Notes under the pieces: generated by a model
Databases searched by the model: none
What the model was told of the DNA's origin: nothing
What the model saw: the letters and a program-made list of their open reading frames with translations, nothing else
Source of the DNA: a bacterium
Lineage (GTDB): Bacteria > Zhuqueibacterota > Zhuqueibacteria > Residuimicrobiales > Residuimicrobiaceae
Assembly: GCA_012523655.1 (NCBI GenBank)
Contig: JAAYTV010000504.1
Span: forward strand, 1-36,516
Reading direction: 5' to 3'
Length of the DNA: 36,516 nt
Shown: positions 17,801-25,929 of the stretch, in pieces
Layout: the number at the start of each line of letters is the position of its first letter
Position numbering within the stretch: the first letter of the stretch is position 1
Made by a program: the position numbers and the translations under genes

Positions 17801-18336
17801 CCGTTCCAGTAAGGAATGCCAGTAGAAGGATCATACCAGCTCTTTTTGTCCGGCCAGCGCCAGGGCCAGCTGTCCGGTTTGCCGTCCTGATTGTCATCCA
17901 GCGCATCGCTGATGGCGATATAGGGCTGATTTTCTTCGGCATATCCGGGCAACGGCTCAAAGGCATAGAATCCGCCCGTGGGCCGGCCATCAGCCACACC
18001 GCTGGACGATGCACCGTCGCTGAAAATATGCCGGCGCTGGCCCAGCCGGTCCACCACTTCGGCGCCGATGACCGGGGTGAATTCGGCAAAGTAGCTGTGG
18101 CCGTTGGCGCCCTTGGGATAGACGCCGGATTCGACGCGACGGTTGGTCCAATCGCCGATGGATCCATAGTTATAGAACAGCGTACTGATCCGGTTGCCGT
18201 CCAGCGTGCCCTCCTTGCGGTCGGCATGCGCGGTGCTTTTGTTGAGACGGCCGTTTTGATCGGCATAGCCTCCCGAGGCAGCTCTACTGCTTGCGGTAAT
18301 AAGAAAGAATAAAATGCAGCATAGAATTCTTTTCAC
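14887..18336 (-). CDS. large secreted protein of unknown function (L1): conserved N-terminal region, acidic Ca-binding-like cluster, FN3 domain, variant T9SS-like C-terminal domain
   Basis: GTG start with GGAGG SD. Signal peptide MKRILCCILFFLITASSRA. Blocks conserved with paralogue L2: GNRISTLFYNYGSIG, RGYQWAH, YLESPGDP..GKDDDEDGLVDES. FN3-like region PTVTAVAGDRQVTLYWD...YYYAVCSYD. C-terminus VVPNPY...CTIKIFTVRG...WNLLSKDG..AYGVYIYHV...GKFGVIK. No HExxH or other catalytic motif recognised. Confidence 0.85.
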   Translation of the reverse strand: MKRILCCILFFLITASSRAASGGYADQNGRLNKSTAHADRKEGTLDGNRISTLFYNYGSIGDWTNRRVESGVYPKGANGHSYFAEFTPVIGAEVVDRLGQRRHIFSDGASSSGVADGRPTGGFYAFEPLPGYAEENQPYIAISDALDDNQDGKPDSWPWRWPDKKSWYDPSTGIPYWNGQYGAFIRADQETYYRMNDYYNDEFKFLPSKIDTTIRGLGLEIAVRGYQWAHPAAEDLIIWTYWVTNNSTTNYTKMVFGMYGDADVGDDGDQKDDDAYFNKTEDIVYQWDHDNKGAWGGPPAYFGFRYLESPGDPLNGKDDDEDGLVDESQADGIDNDGDWNPILDDVGLDGLAPGMIGYPGPDPDGTEGNGKPDADYVLGVAEPNFEMSDNSESDQLGLTSFTAAAYPGIVMDNDESVWLQTVPGNFSEIMQTVDLTFLYATAYFQLPPLGDPNNQRKFAIALVLGEDYDDLLRNAKTMQKIYDADYNFAKPPEKPTVTAVAGDRQVTLYWDKRAEELTRDPIYGKDFEGYMIFRSTDAGFTESYVITNAYGNKIFDKPIAQFDKLDSLEGPHPIGLDGLQLNMGSNTGLRYTWTDTSVQNGQTYYYAVCSYDQGYDEDFYSRGISEIPNLLPITPSVCAKRIRTNVLGEVIALDINTVKAVPNAPAAGYVAPTTLSTLVTNPTIRHTQGAGTGYIEVTPLDPMKIIDQTEYRILFDDTTFAKSSNPHTLFSVLNNTVQQKRFVADTTAVALDHRHLYRPSIVVKDPATGAVMQNGVDYTIREESGAIAAVSGGRMQSGVTYEISYQYFPVYASTYVAGEEMNPFFDGLKIVVVDHPLAPDTLRTSLTRAGWFRGNALKQAAEKYKVPYDAGRAVCNYAGYISTYIAGGVKTPVPYDYHVVVFDQTVTKAYNNKPANFLVFNATTGDSVKFVFQDVNPAGVLSDQDIIVPLVNIGGRYRGTWQVKFWAPTDSLVLNITTHTWVDTLGIPHIKRDTTVVATIPRAIHPKAGDVFNLSITKPFTSSDQFTFTSHAPYIDKQKAGSDSALNRIAVVPNPYVVTAAWEPQHVFKSGRGERKIDFIHLPAQCTIKIFTVRGYLVATLEHDSLINDGSESWNLLSKDGMEIAYGVYIYHVDAPGIGSKIGKFGVIK

Positions 18337-18387
18337 TGAAACCTCCTCCTGACGTAACCAGCCTAACCTAGCGAAGGTTCAATCTAC

Positions 18388-21261
18388 TTAAAAACCGACC
18401 GAAAGGCCGAGCTTGATTTCACGCGGCGATGAATAATAATCCGGCCGCCGCAGATATTCGGACAACGTGTTGGGACCAATGGACTCCGGCGTATACATGG
18501 GGATCAACGAATAGGTGGCGCGGCCGGTGTCGTTGTACACATAATCCTCATTGCGCCGGTCAAACAGGTTGTACACCACCAGATAGACACCGAAGCGCAT
18601 GCCGGAGAGCGCAAACATTTTGTGCGCCCGCATATCGACATTGAGCTGATAGGGCTTGCGGCCGGCGTTTTCAAATGCCGTCCGTGTGCCGCGATACTCC
18701 GGCGTATACGGCAAACCCGAGCCCAATTGGGCGATAAAACTGACATTCCAGTTATTGGGAACGCCGAGGTTCACCGAGCCGTTCAGCGTATGGCGTTGAT
18801 CCCAATCCAGGGCGACCAATTGCTTCTCCGGCTCTATGTCGTTGGAGGTGTCATAAAATGTGGCTTCCGGATCCGAGGCGTTGCCTTCGGAGACGGAATA
18901 GGTGTAATCCAATTTGGCCGACAGCATATTGGCATAGCGCTTGTCCAAAGTCAAAGTGATGCCGCGGATGTTGCCGTAATCGCGGTTGATATACAGCGCA
19001 TAGCGGTCGCCGGCGGCGTAGGTCTCGATGATTTTTGTACCCAGCAGATTGCGCACGTCCTTGTAAAATCCCGTCACGTTGAGTCCCAGGTCTTCGGTCA
19101 ACTGCTGCTGCAAGCCGATCTCATAACCCACCGTGCGCTGCGGTTCCAGGTCGGCGTTGCCCATGATCGTGTTAAGACCGGAGACCACTTCAAAATCTGG
19201 ATTGGAATAGAGATAACTGTACGCTGGGATCTGAAGAAAATGACCATAGGAGAAATGAATGACGCCGCGTTCGGTGATCGGAAAGGCGATACCTACACGC
19301 GGGCTGATCTGATATTTGGCGGATGACTTTTTAAACCAGGTGGCGCTGCCGGATCCCCGCAGCGGTTCGCCGGTATCCGGATCGATGATGGCCGCCGGAC
19401 CGTTCAAACGCACCCGGTCGCCGCCTATGGTGGTCGCCAGATGGCCTTCAGGGATAACGCCGTTCATGGGTTTGCCCGTATTGGGATCGATATAGGTTCT
19501 TTCGCCGGTGTTCGGATCAAGCCGGTAGGGCATCTTGACCAGCATGGTGTCCTGCCCCTGGACAGCCCATACCGATTTATATCGGTTGGGCACCCATAAG
19601 GAGGGATCAGACTGGTCGGTGGGTAGCTGCGAGTTGGAGTCGAAATATTCGAACCGAAGGCCCACATTGACGATCATATCGCGCAATTCGATCTTGTCCT
19701 GTAAAAAACCAGAGAGTTGGTAGGGACGGCGCACATAGCGGTCGTGCGCAGTCAGCGCGATATCCGGTATTTTCGGTTTCCAATCGGTGGATTGATCGAT
19801 CTGAATGGTAAAGCTGTCTCCGAACAGCTTGTCCTTTTCAAATTCCATACCCGCTTTGAGCTGATGAATTTTACTGACCTGGCTGACGATTTCAAACTTG
19901 CCGATATGGGTCAGAGTGTAGCGCTCATAATGGCCCAGGTTGACGCCGCCGGCATAAAAACGATAGCCGCTGCTGGCGTTGAGCCGGTCCGAGCTGACAT
20001 AGCGGGGATCCAATGGATCCTTAAACACATAAGACTGGCCATAGTTGTAAAAGTTGGAATAGCGGAAAGCATAAAACGTTTTCGGCGACAGGGTGTGCGT
20101 CAGAGTGAACACGTTGTTAAATCCAGATCCCCAGCTGGTGGGTCGTCCGGACGGCGTGTACTTCCATTTGTGGCTGTAGCTCTGGCTGCGCGACCAATCG
20201 GCCAGGCCGCCGAGCGTGACTTTGATGTTGTCAGCCACATTGTAGGCGAATTTCCACTGCCCGGAGAATTTGCGATAGGGGTTCATCGCTACAATGGATC
20301 CGTCGCCGGATTCCTGCCAGTTGGCGGCGGTTTGACTGAAATCGTTCGAGTCGGCGATGGTGAAGCGGTTCTGGCCGTAGAGATAGCCCTCCTGGTCCAG
20401 GGCGCGGCCGGAAAAGAAAAAGCTCACTTTATCCCGAGTGAACGGCACCGGTCCGCTGAGGTTGCCGCGCAGGTCCTTGTTGGACAGTGGGGTCACGTCG
20501 TCGATATGATCATAGAGTTCGGTGTCGGTGCTGACGTAATCGCCGAGATAGCCCACGACCTCGCCGGTCAATTTTTTTCCGCCCTCTTTAGTGACGATGT
20601 TGACGATGCCGGACATCGCCTGCCCATACTCGGCGTTGAACGTTCCGCTGACAAACTCCATCTCCTGGATGGCTTCATTCTCCACGCTCAGCGCCATGCC
20701 CGAGTTGTACGGATCGGTAACGCTGATACCATCAACCATGTAGCGCACCTCGCCTGAGCGGCCTCCGCGGATATGCAGCTCGCCACCGCTCCCCTGCACG
20801 ACGCCGGCCTGTAGGGTCAACACCTGATTAAAATTTTCCACCGGCAGCTGCTTGATGTCCTCAGTGGCCACCACCGCGTGGCTGGAAGTGACGTCCTTGC
20901 GCACCAGCGGTCGTTCCGCCACCACAGTTACGGTTTCGTTGATATCCAGAACCGTGGAAGAGAGTTGAAAGTTCAACGGGGTGGTCAGGTCGATGGTGAC
21001 CTTGACGCCGGTTTGCCGCAGGCTCTGATAACCGATCATCTTGGCAACCACGTTATACACGCCGGGCGGAATATTCAGAATGGCGTATTCACCGTTGATA
21101 TCGGTGGCAGCGCCCAGCGTGGTGCCTTCCAGCAGGATGTTGACGCCGGGCAGTCCAGTGCGGCTGTTCTGGTCGATCACCCTGCCGGCGATTTTTCCCG
21201 TGGTGCCGGCCCACAGCATGGCAGGCAGCAACATCATGATGGCGCATTTGAGCATCCGCAT
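18388..21261 (-). CDS. TonB-dependent receptor with N-terminal CarboxypepD_reg-like domain (module 1)
   Basis: Signal peptide. CarboxypepD_reg pattern GKIAGRVIDQ..GLPGVNILLEGT..ATDINGEYAILNIPPGVY. TonB-box-like ETVTVVAE. Plug motifs (IRGGR, VDGISV, FNAEYGQAMSGIVNIVTK). Long barrel ending in LGLSVGF. AGGAGGAG SD. Confidence 0.9.
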   Translation of the reverse strand: MRMLKCAIMMLLPAMLWAGTTGKIAGRVIDQNSRTGLPGVNILLEGTTLGAATDINGEYAILNIPPGVYNVVAKMIGYQSLRQTGVKVTIDLTTPLNFQLSSTVLDINETVTVVAERPLVRKDVTSSHAVVATEDIKQLPVENFNQVLTLQAGVVQGSGGELHIRGGRSGEVRYMVDGISVTDPYNSGMALSVENEAIQEMEFVSGTFNAEYGQAMSGIVNIVTKEGGKKLTGEVVGYLGDYVSTDTELYDHIDDVTPLSNKDLRGNLSGPVPFTRDKVSFFFSGRALDQEGYLYGQNRFTIADSNDFSQTAANWQESGDGSIVAMNPYRKFSGQWKFAYNVADNIKVTLGGLADWSRSQSYSHKWKYTPSGRPTSWGSGFNNVFTLTHTLSPKTFYAFRYSNFYNYGQSYVFKDPLDPRYVSSDRLNASSGYRFYAGGVNLGHYERYTLTHIGKFEIVSQVSKIHQLKAGMEFEKDKLFGDSFTIQIDQSTDWKPKIPDIALTAHDRYVRRPYQLSGFLQDKIELRDMIVNVGLRFEYFDSNSQLPTDQSDPSLWVPNRYKSVWAVQGQDTMLVKMPYRLDPNTGERTYIDPNTGKPMNGVIPEGHLATTIGGDRVRLNGPAAIIDPDTGEPLRGSGSATWFKKSSAKYQISPRVGIAFPITERGVIHFSYGHFLQIPAYSYLYSNPDFEVVSGLNTIMGNADLEPQRTVGYEIGLQQQLTEDLGLNVTGFYKDVRNLLGTKIIETYAAGDRYALYINRDYGNIRGITLTLDKRYANMLSAKLDYTYSVSEGNASDPEATFYDTSNDIEPEKQLVALDWDQRHTLNGSVNLGVPNNWNVSFIAQLGSGLPYTPEYRGTRTAFENAGRKPYQLNVDMRAHKMFALSGMRFGVYLVVYNLFDRRNEDYVYNDTGRATYSLIPMYTPESIGPNTLSEYLRRPDYYSSPREIKLGLSVGF

Positions 21262-21445
21262 CTAATCTACTCCTCCTGATGATGAAAAGAGAATGTAAAA
21301 ACAACGTCAGAACATGGCGTTCGGCATGGGCCGGCTTATAGGGTTCAAAAAAGGCACTCCGATGGGATAGGGTTGGGCCTTTTCAACCCGGTATTCAGCG
21401 AAACAAAACAAACAGGTCTGCAAGGGGGAAGGTCCGCCGGCCGGG

Positions 21446-22456
21446 CTAAAATTCAATGCCCAACGACAGCCGTTGCGCGTTGGCCAGCCGGCCCCACTCC
21501 GCATAGGCGTAATCCAGTTTGAAGGTCATGGCGCCGGGTATTTGATAGCGCAGGCCGCCGCCGAAGGTCAAGCCATCCTCAGCGTCCAAGCCCCAGGCGG
21601 ACTGGTAACCTGCGCGCAACGCCACCAATTCGCGAAAGCTGTACTCGATGCCTGCGTTCACACGCTCGCTATTGTCGTTCGGATGGAGTGCATCGAGGGC
21701 AACGGTCATGCGATGGCGACGGAGTTGCAGCGGATCAATGGCCACGCCGACGCGAAACAGCAGCGGCAGAGGCCAGCTCTGGGTTTCCAGATGGGCCGGC
21801 AGTGTGGCGTTGCTGCCGCTGGCCTCGGGGTTGATGTCGACAAAAATTTTAGAATCCTTGCCGGCCATACGCATCTTGGTGCCGAAATTGGCGATATTCA
21901 TGCCGATGCGCATGCCGTAAAACTGCGTGGTGAACAGCGTGCCCACGTCAAAGGCAAAGCCGTTGGCGTTCATATGGTAGATGCCCTGGCGGATATACTT
22001 GAAATTCATGCCGATGGAAAACCGGTCGGTAAGGCTGCGGCTGTAGGTGATGGTTGCGCAGGCATCCGATGCGCCGAAATATTCCCCCGTGCCTTCGGGC
22101 TCTGTTTCCGTCCGCACCATCATCTCATCCATAGACAGGATGGTCAGACTTGCGGCGATCAGGCCCATATTTCCCATCCGGATCACGACGCCGCCGAAAT
22201 CATAGTTGATGTCCGCCAGCCATTCACTGTGAGCCAGAAGGGCCTCGTGCGCGGTCAACCGGGCCAGGCCGGCCGGATTCCAATAAATGGCGGAAGCGTC
22301 ATTGGCCACAGCCACATAAGCGCTGCCCATAGCCGCAGCCCGGCTGCCGACGCCGATCTTGAGAAACTGGGCGGCCGTGGTTCCGGTCTTGGACACGGCG
22401 AACAAGGCGCTGCCGGTGAACAGGAAGGCTATGAATAGAAAGACTCTCGTTTTCAT
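21446..22456 (-). CDS. PorV/PorQ-family outer-membrane beta-barrel (module 2)
   Basis: Signal peptide MKTRVFLFIAFLFTGSALFA. N-terminus GTTAAQFLKIGVGSRAAAMGSAYVAVANDASAIYWNPAGLARL. Aligns end-to-end with the 13852-14871 product (e.g. SLTDRFSIG, LFTTQ, PLLFRVG). Ends LGIEF. Confidence 0.8.
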   Translation of the reverse strand: MKTRVFLFIAFLFTGSALFAVSKTGTTAAQFLKIGVGSRAAAMGSAYVAVANDASAIYWNPAGLARLTAHEALLAHSEWLADINYDFGGVVIRMGNMGLIAASLTILSMDEMMVRTETEPEGTGEYFGASDACATITYSRSLTDRFSIGMNFKYIRQGIYHMNANGFAFDVGTLFTTQFYGMRIGMNIANFGTKMRMAGKDSKIFVDINPEASGSNATLPAHLETQSWPLPLLFRVGVAIDPLQLRRHRMTVALDALHPNDNSERVNAGIEYSFRELVALRAGYQSAWGLDAEDGLTFGGGLRYQIPGAMTFKLDYAYAEWGRLANAQRLSLGIEF

Positions 22457-22492
22457 GGATTTTAATCATCCTTGTAGACTATGTGCACTAGG

Positions 22493-25400
22493 TTACTTGA
22501 TCACCGCAAATTTGCCCACATATTCGCCGATGCCGGGAGCGTCCACATGATACAGGTAAACGCCGTAGGCGATGTCCATGCGATCTTTGTTGAGCAGATC
22601 CCATGCCTGCGAACCGTCCTCCAGACCAGCCTGATGTTCCAGAGTGACTACATGATCCCCGGACACGGTGTAAATCCGAATGGTGCACGTCGCCGGCAGA
22701 TGGATGAAATAGAGAAGCCGATCGCCGCGGCCGCCGGCTTGGGTTCGGGGCTGTCGTTCGAACTCGGACGCACTGATGTACGGATTAGGCACTACAGCGA
22801 TGGAGCTCAACGCCGATCGCGCCTTTTCCGCCCGAACCGTCGAGGCCATGGTCTGGAAGGTAAAGACATCGCGCCAGCTGAAGGGTTTGCGCACTGCAAT
22901 GAGGTAGACATCGCCGGCTTTGGGAGCAATGGGGGGAACCGCGACGGTATCCACCGGAACCCCATTGCGGTAGACGATGGAATCCGCATGCAAAAAGAAG
23001 CGCACCTGCCAGGTGCCGGTGGTCCTGCCGTTGATCAGCGTGGTCGGCACCACCTTATCCTGATCGCCGATGGTCGAGTCATTGTTTACGTCGAAAAACA
23101 CAAACGGCACATAGGTTTTTTCAGTGATATTGTAGACGCGAAATTTAGCCGCCTTGGCGTTGACGGATTTCTCCTGGAATTTATCCGATATCTCGATGCG
23201 GTAATCAGCCGGATAGGCGACGCCGCTGTTGGGATACTTTTCCACAATGCTCTGATAATTGCAGCGGCCGGCGATGAACCGGCTGCGCCGACGATCCGCC
23301 AGCAGGCTGTCGTTCTTGACCACGACCTTGAGTCCATGCTCGTAGGGGTTGCGATCGCTGCCGTCCAGATAGGGGCTGGAACTGATCAGCCGGCGGTTAT
23401 AGCAAAACACATAGTCGGCGTTCGGCCGCATCACCATGGTGTCCAATACCGTAATCCGTCCTTCGCTATAGGAGACGGCATAATCCCGGTCCTCGATGAA
23501 CGCCGTATTCTGGCGGTTGGTTACGGTCAACGAACCGGCGATCAAATGACCGTAGGCCAGGTTGACGTCCACCACGCGCACGGAATCCACCGGCCGGGGC
23601 GCCCCATTCACGTTTTCCCAGCGCGTATACTTCCAGCGTCGTCTCAACTGCAGGGTATCCCGTTCCACCAGATCGCGGTCGTACATGTTGAACACCGTCT
23701 TGTTTTGCGTCGAATCATCGAATGAAATAACATAGCGATGGCCGTCGCGGATCTTATTCGGGTCGATCAGGTCCACGGTCACGATGCCGGTGCCGGGGCC
23801 GTCCTCATTTTGCGTGGGCTTGAGCGCGCCGAACAGCCGCGGCGGTTCGTAGCCGGCGACCGGCGCCTGGGGAACGACGATGGCGGTGTTGACGTCCGGC
23901 ACATAATTGCCCGAATTCGGCGGATCCTCAAAAAAGGATTTGGTGCATTCGGAGGGAGCGATCTTTAAGCTGTCGCCGCGGTCATAGGACACCACGGCAT
24001 AAAAATACCGCTGACCGTTCACCAAACCTGAATCCACATAAGAGTGAGACAGGCCGGTGTCGTCGCCCTGGTAATAATGAATGCCGGTGGTGGTTTCGAT
24101 TTTATGCGGCCCGCGGATGCCGTTCTTTAAATCAAAGCGGGCGATGGGTTTCCACATCTTGGGATTGCCCAGCGCGTCGGTGATGGTGAATGATTCCAGA
24201 AAGCCGACATCCGTGCCGCGGTAAATGGCGTAGCCTTCAAAATCTTTGCCGTAAATCGGATCGCGCGAATCCTCCGCTGCACTGTCCCAGTAGAGCGTCA
24301 CTTTGCCGTCGCCCGGCACAGCGGTCAACCGGGGTTTGTTGGGCGCTTTGGCGAAACGGTAGCCGGCGTCATAGATCTCTTGAATGGTGCGCGCGTTGCG
24401 GTACAGATCCTGAATATCGTAGCCGAAGAACAGTGCGATGGAAAAGCGCCGGCTGTCGCCGCGGGCCATTTGAACCGGGCCCGAGGCGTACATGAACACA
24501 TTGTCCTTGGTCTGATCAAAGGTGGAGTCGATGATGCCCGAGACCATCAGGCGCCAGGTGTCCTCATCCTGGGAAGGCCAGATCGTACCGTATTCAAAAA
24601 CAGAAAAAGAGGTTAAACCGATCTGGTCCGCCTCATCCAAATCTTTTTCATCGAAATTGGGTTCGCCGTGCGTGGGCACACCGTCGCGTTCGCCGCGATC
24701 CCAGTACTCATTGCCGTCCTGAATGCCGTTGCCGTTCAAATCGCCGTCTACGCCATCTGCGCCGACGTCGTCAAAGCGCGGGTCCCAGTCGTGATCGTCG
24801 TCGATGTTGTTCTGCATCGACTCATCCACCATTCCGTCTTCGTCGTTATCCTTGCCATCATACGGTTCACCCGGGCTTTCCAAAAACTTGTAACCGAGAT
24901 AACCGGGACGCCAGCCGTCCGGGGAACCGCGAAAATCATGATCCCATCCGTAGACCATATCCAGTTTGGTATCATAAAAGCCGTCATCATCGCTGTAATC
25001 ATCCGCACCGCCGATGTGGGGATCGCCGTACATGCCGACGTAGACTTTTTTTATCGTGTCAGCGCCGACATAGCGCACATCATAGATGAAAAAGATGCAG
25101 TCCTGGGCAAGGGTATGCGCCCATTGATAGCCGCGGACGCGCACGTCCATGCCCAGGCCGCGGCGGTCCGGATTGCCGATCGGATCCGGCCAGTAGAGAA
25201 ATTCCGCATTGGTCGAGTCGTCCATCACAAAAAAACTTTCCTGATCCGCGGTGATCACGTTGACACCGTACTCGCCCCACCAGGAGCCGTCGAACTTGCC
25301 ATCATGGTTATCGTCCACATGCGCCCAACTGACCGGCCAGGTGTTGGGTTGATGGCTCATCGCGATATAGGATTGCCCCGGGCGGGCGTAGCCGGATTTG

Positions 25401-25825
25401 GGCTCCCATCCCCACACGGCGCCCTGGGTGGAACGATCCCCACCGGTATCCAGTCCGTCGGAGATGATGTGGCGGCGCTGGCGGTTCTTGTCGACGATCT
25501 CACCGGCCACCAGCATGCCGAATTCGAACGCATAATCGCGGTTGCTGGTGCCTGCCGGCCAGACCAGCGAACGGGAGTTGCTCGGCTGGCCGATGGAGCC
25601 ATAGTTGTAGAAAACCGTAGAGATGCGATTGCCGTTATGGGTTCCTTCACGCCGTTCGTCGTGCCGGCCGAAGGATTTGGCCAGGCCGTCCCGCCTGGCG
25701 CGCCAGGCCTCCCATTCTGACGCCGGCGCGTTTTTGGATGGGATCGAGGTGATCCACTCATCCTGAGCCAAAACCAGGGAACAGAGGATAAACAGTAAGA
25801 CGGTAAACATGCGAGCCATTGGCAT
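22493..25825 (-). CDS. large secreted protein of unknown function (L2), paralogue of L1
   Basis: Signal peptide (M)ARMFTVLLFILCSLVLA. Same conserved blocks as L1: GNRISTVFYNYGSIG, RGYQWAH, FLESPGEP..GKDNDEDGMVDES, RDPIYGKDFEGYAIYRGTD, YFYAVVSYD. Same C-terminal domain, ending GKFAVIK. ATG 25819 (third codon) has better SD spacing (AAGG, 7 nt) than ATG 25825. Confidence 0.85.
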   Translation of the reverse strand: MPMARMFTVLLFILCSLVLAQDEWITSIPSKNAPASEWEAWRARRDGLAKSFGRHDERREGTHNGNRISTVFYNYGSIGQPSNSRSLVWPAGTSNRDYAFEFGMLVAGEIVDKNRQRRHIISDGLDTGGDRSTQGAVWGWEPKSGYARPGQSYIAMSHQPNTWPVSWAHVDDNHDGKFDGSWWGEYGVNVITADQESFFVMDDSTNAEFLYWPDPIGNPDRRGLGMDVRVRGYQWAHTLAQDCIFFIYDVRYVGADTIKKVYVGMYGDPHIGGADDYSDDDGFYDTKLDMVYGWDHDFRGSPDGWRPGYLGYKFLESPGEPYDGKDNDEDGMVDESMQNNIDDDHDWDPRFDDVGADGVDGDLNGNGIQDGNEYWDRGERDGVPTHGEPNFDEKDLDEADQIGLTSFSVFEYGTIWPSQDEDTWRLMVSGIIDSTFDQTKDNVFMYASGPVQMARGDSRRFSIALFFGYDIQDLYRNARTIQEIYDAGYRFAKAPNKPRLTAVPGDGKVTLYWDSAAEDSRDPIYGKDFEGYAIYRGTDVGFLESFTITDALGNPKMWKPIARFDLKNGIRGPHKIETTTGIHYYQGDDTGLSHSYVDSGLVNGQRYFYAVVSYDRGDSLKIAPSECTKSFFEDPPNSGNYVPDVNTAIVVPQAPVAGYEPPRLFGALKPTQNEDGPGTGIVTVDLIDPNKIRDGHRYVISFDDSTQNKTVFNMYDRDLVERDTLQLRRRWKYTRWENVNGAPRPVDSVRVVDVNLAYGHLIAGSLTVTNRQNTAFIEDRDYAVSYSEGRITVLDTMVMRPNADYVFCYNRRLISSSPYLDGSDRNPYEHGLKVVVKNDSLLADRRRSRFIAGRCNYQSIVEKYPNSGVAYPADYRIEISDKFQEKSVNAKAAKFRVYNITEKTYVPFVFFDVNNDSTIGDQDKVVPTTLINGRTTGTWQVRFFLHADSIVYRNGVPVDTVAVPPIAPKAGDVYLIAVRKPFSWRDVFTFQTMASTVRAEKARSALSSIAVVPNPYISASEFERQPRTQAGGRGDRLLYFIHLPATCTIRIYTVSGDHVVTLEHQAGLEDGSQAWDLLNKDRMDIAYGVYLYHVDAPGIGEYVGKFAVIK

Positions 25826-25929
25826 ACCTTTATGTTAAAATCCGTTGTCGCACTGAGCTGTGTTGCACGGCCGGTACGTCCCTATCATTCAGGTGGCAGC
25901 CGGTCTGACGGCAACCGGCTGCGGAACGA

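Noticed and set aside
16621-18312. 563-aa plus-strand ORF antisense to L1. Similar long shadows occur at 14941-15585 and 15832-16449.
   Set aside because: It lies entirely inside a strongly supported minus-strand gene. Its translation is R/G/A/I/V/D/H-rich with no motif, signal or RBS. This is typical of stop-poor antisense frames in high-GC DNA.
21262-21445. Looked for a terminator and promoter in the 184-nt spacer between module 2 and module 1.
   Set aside because: I found only weak stems (GGGTTG-8 nt-CAACCC; AAAAGGC...GCCTTTT) and no acceptable -35/-10 pair. I cannot decide whether the two modules are one transcript or two, so no feature is called.
22481-25720. 414-aa (22481-23725) and 350-aa (24668-25720) plus-strand ORFs antisense to L2.
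   Set aside because: Same reasoning. They are low-complexity translations embedded in a gene whose paralogue conservation fixes the reading frame on the minus strand.
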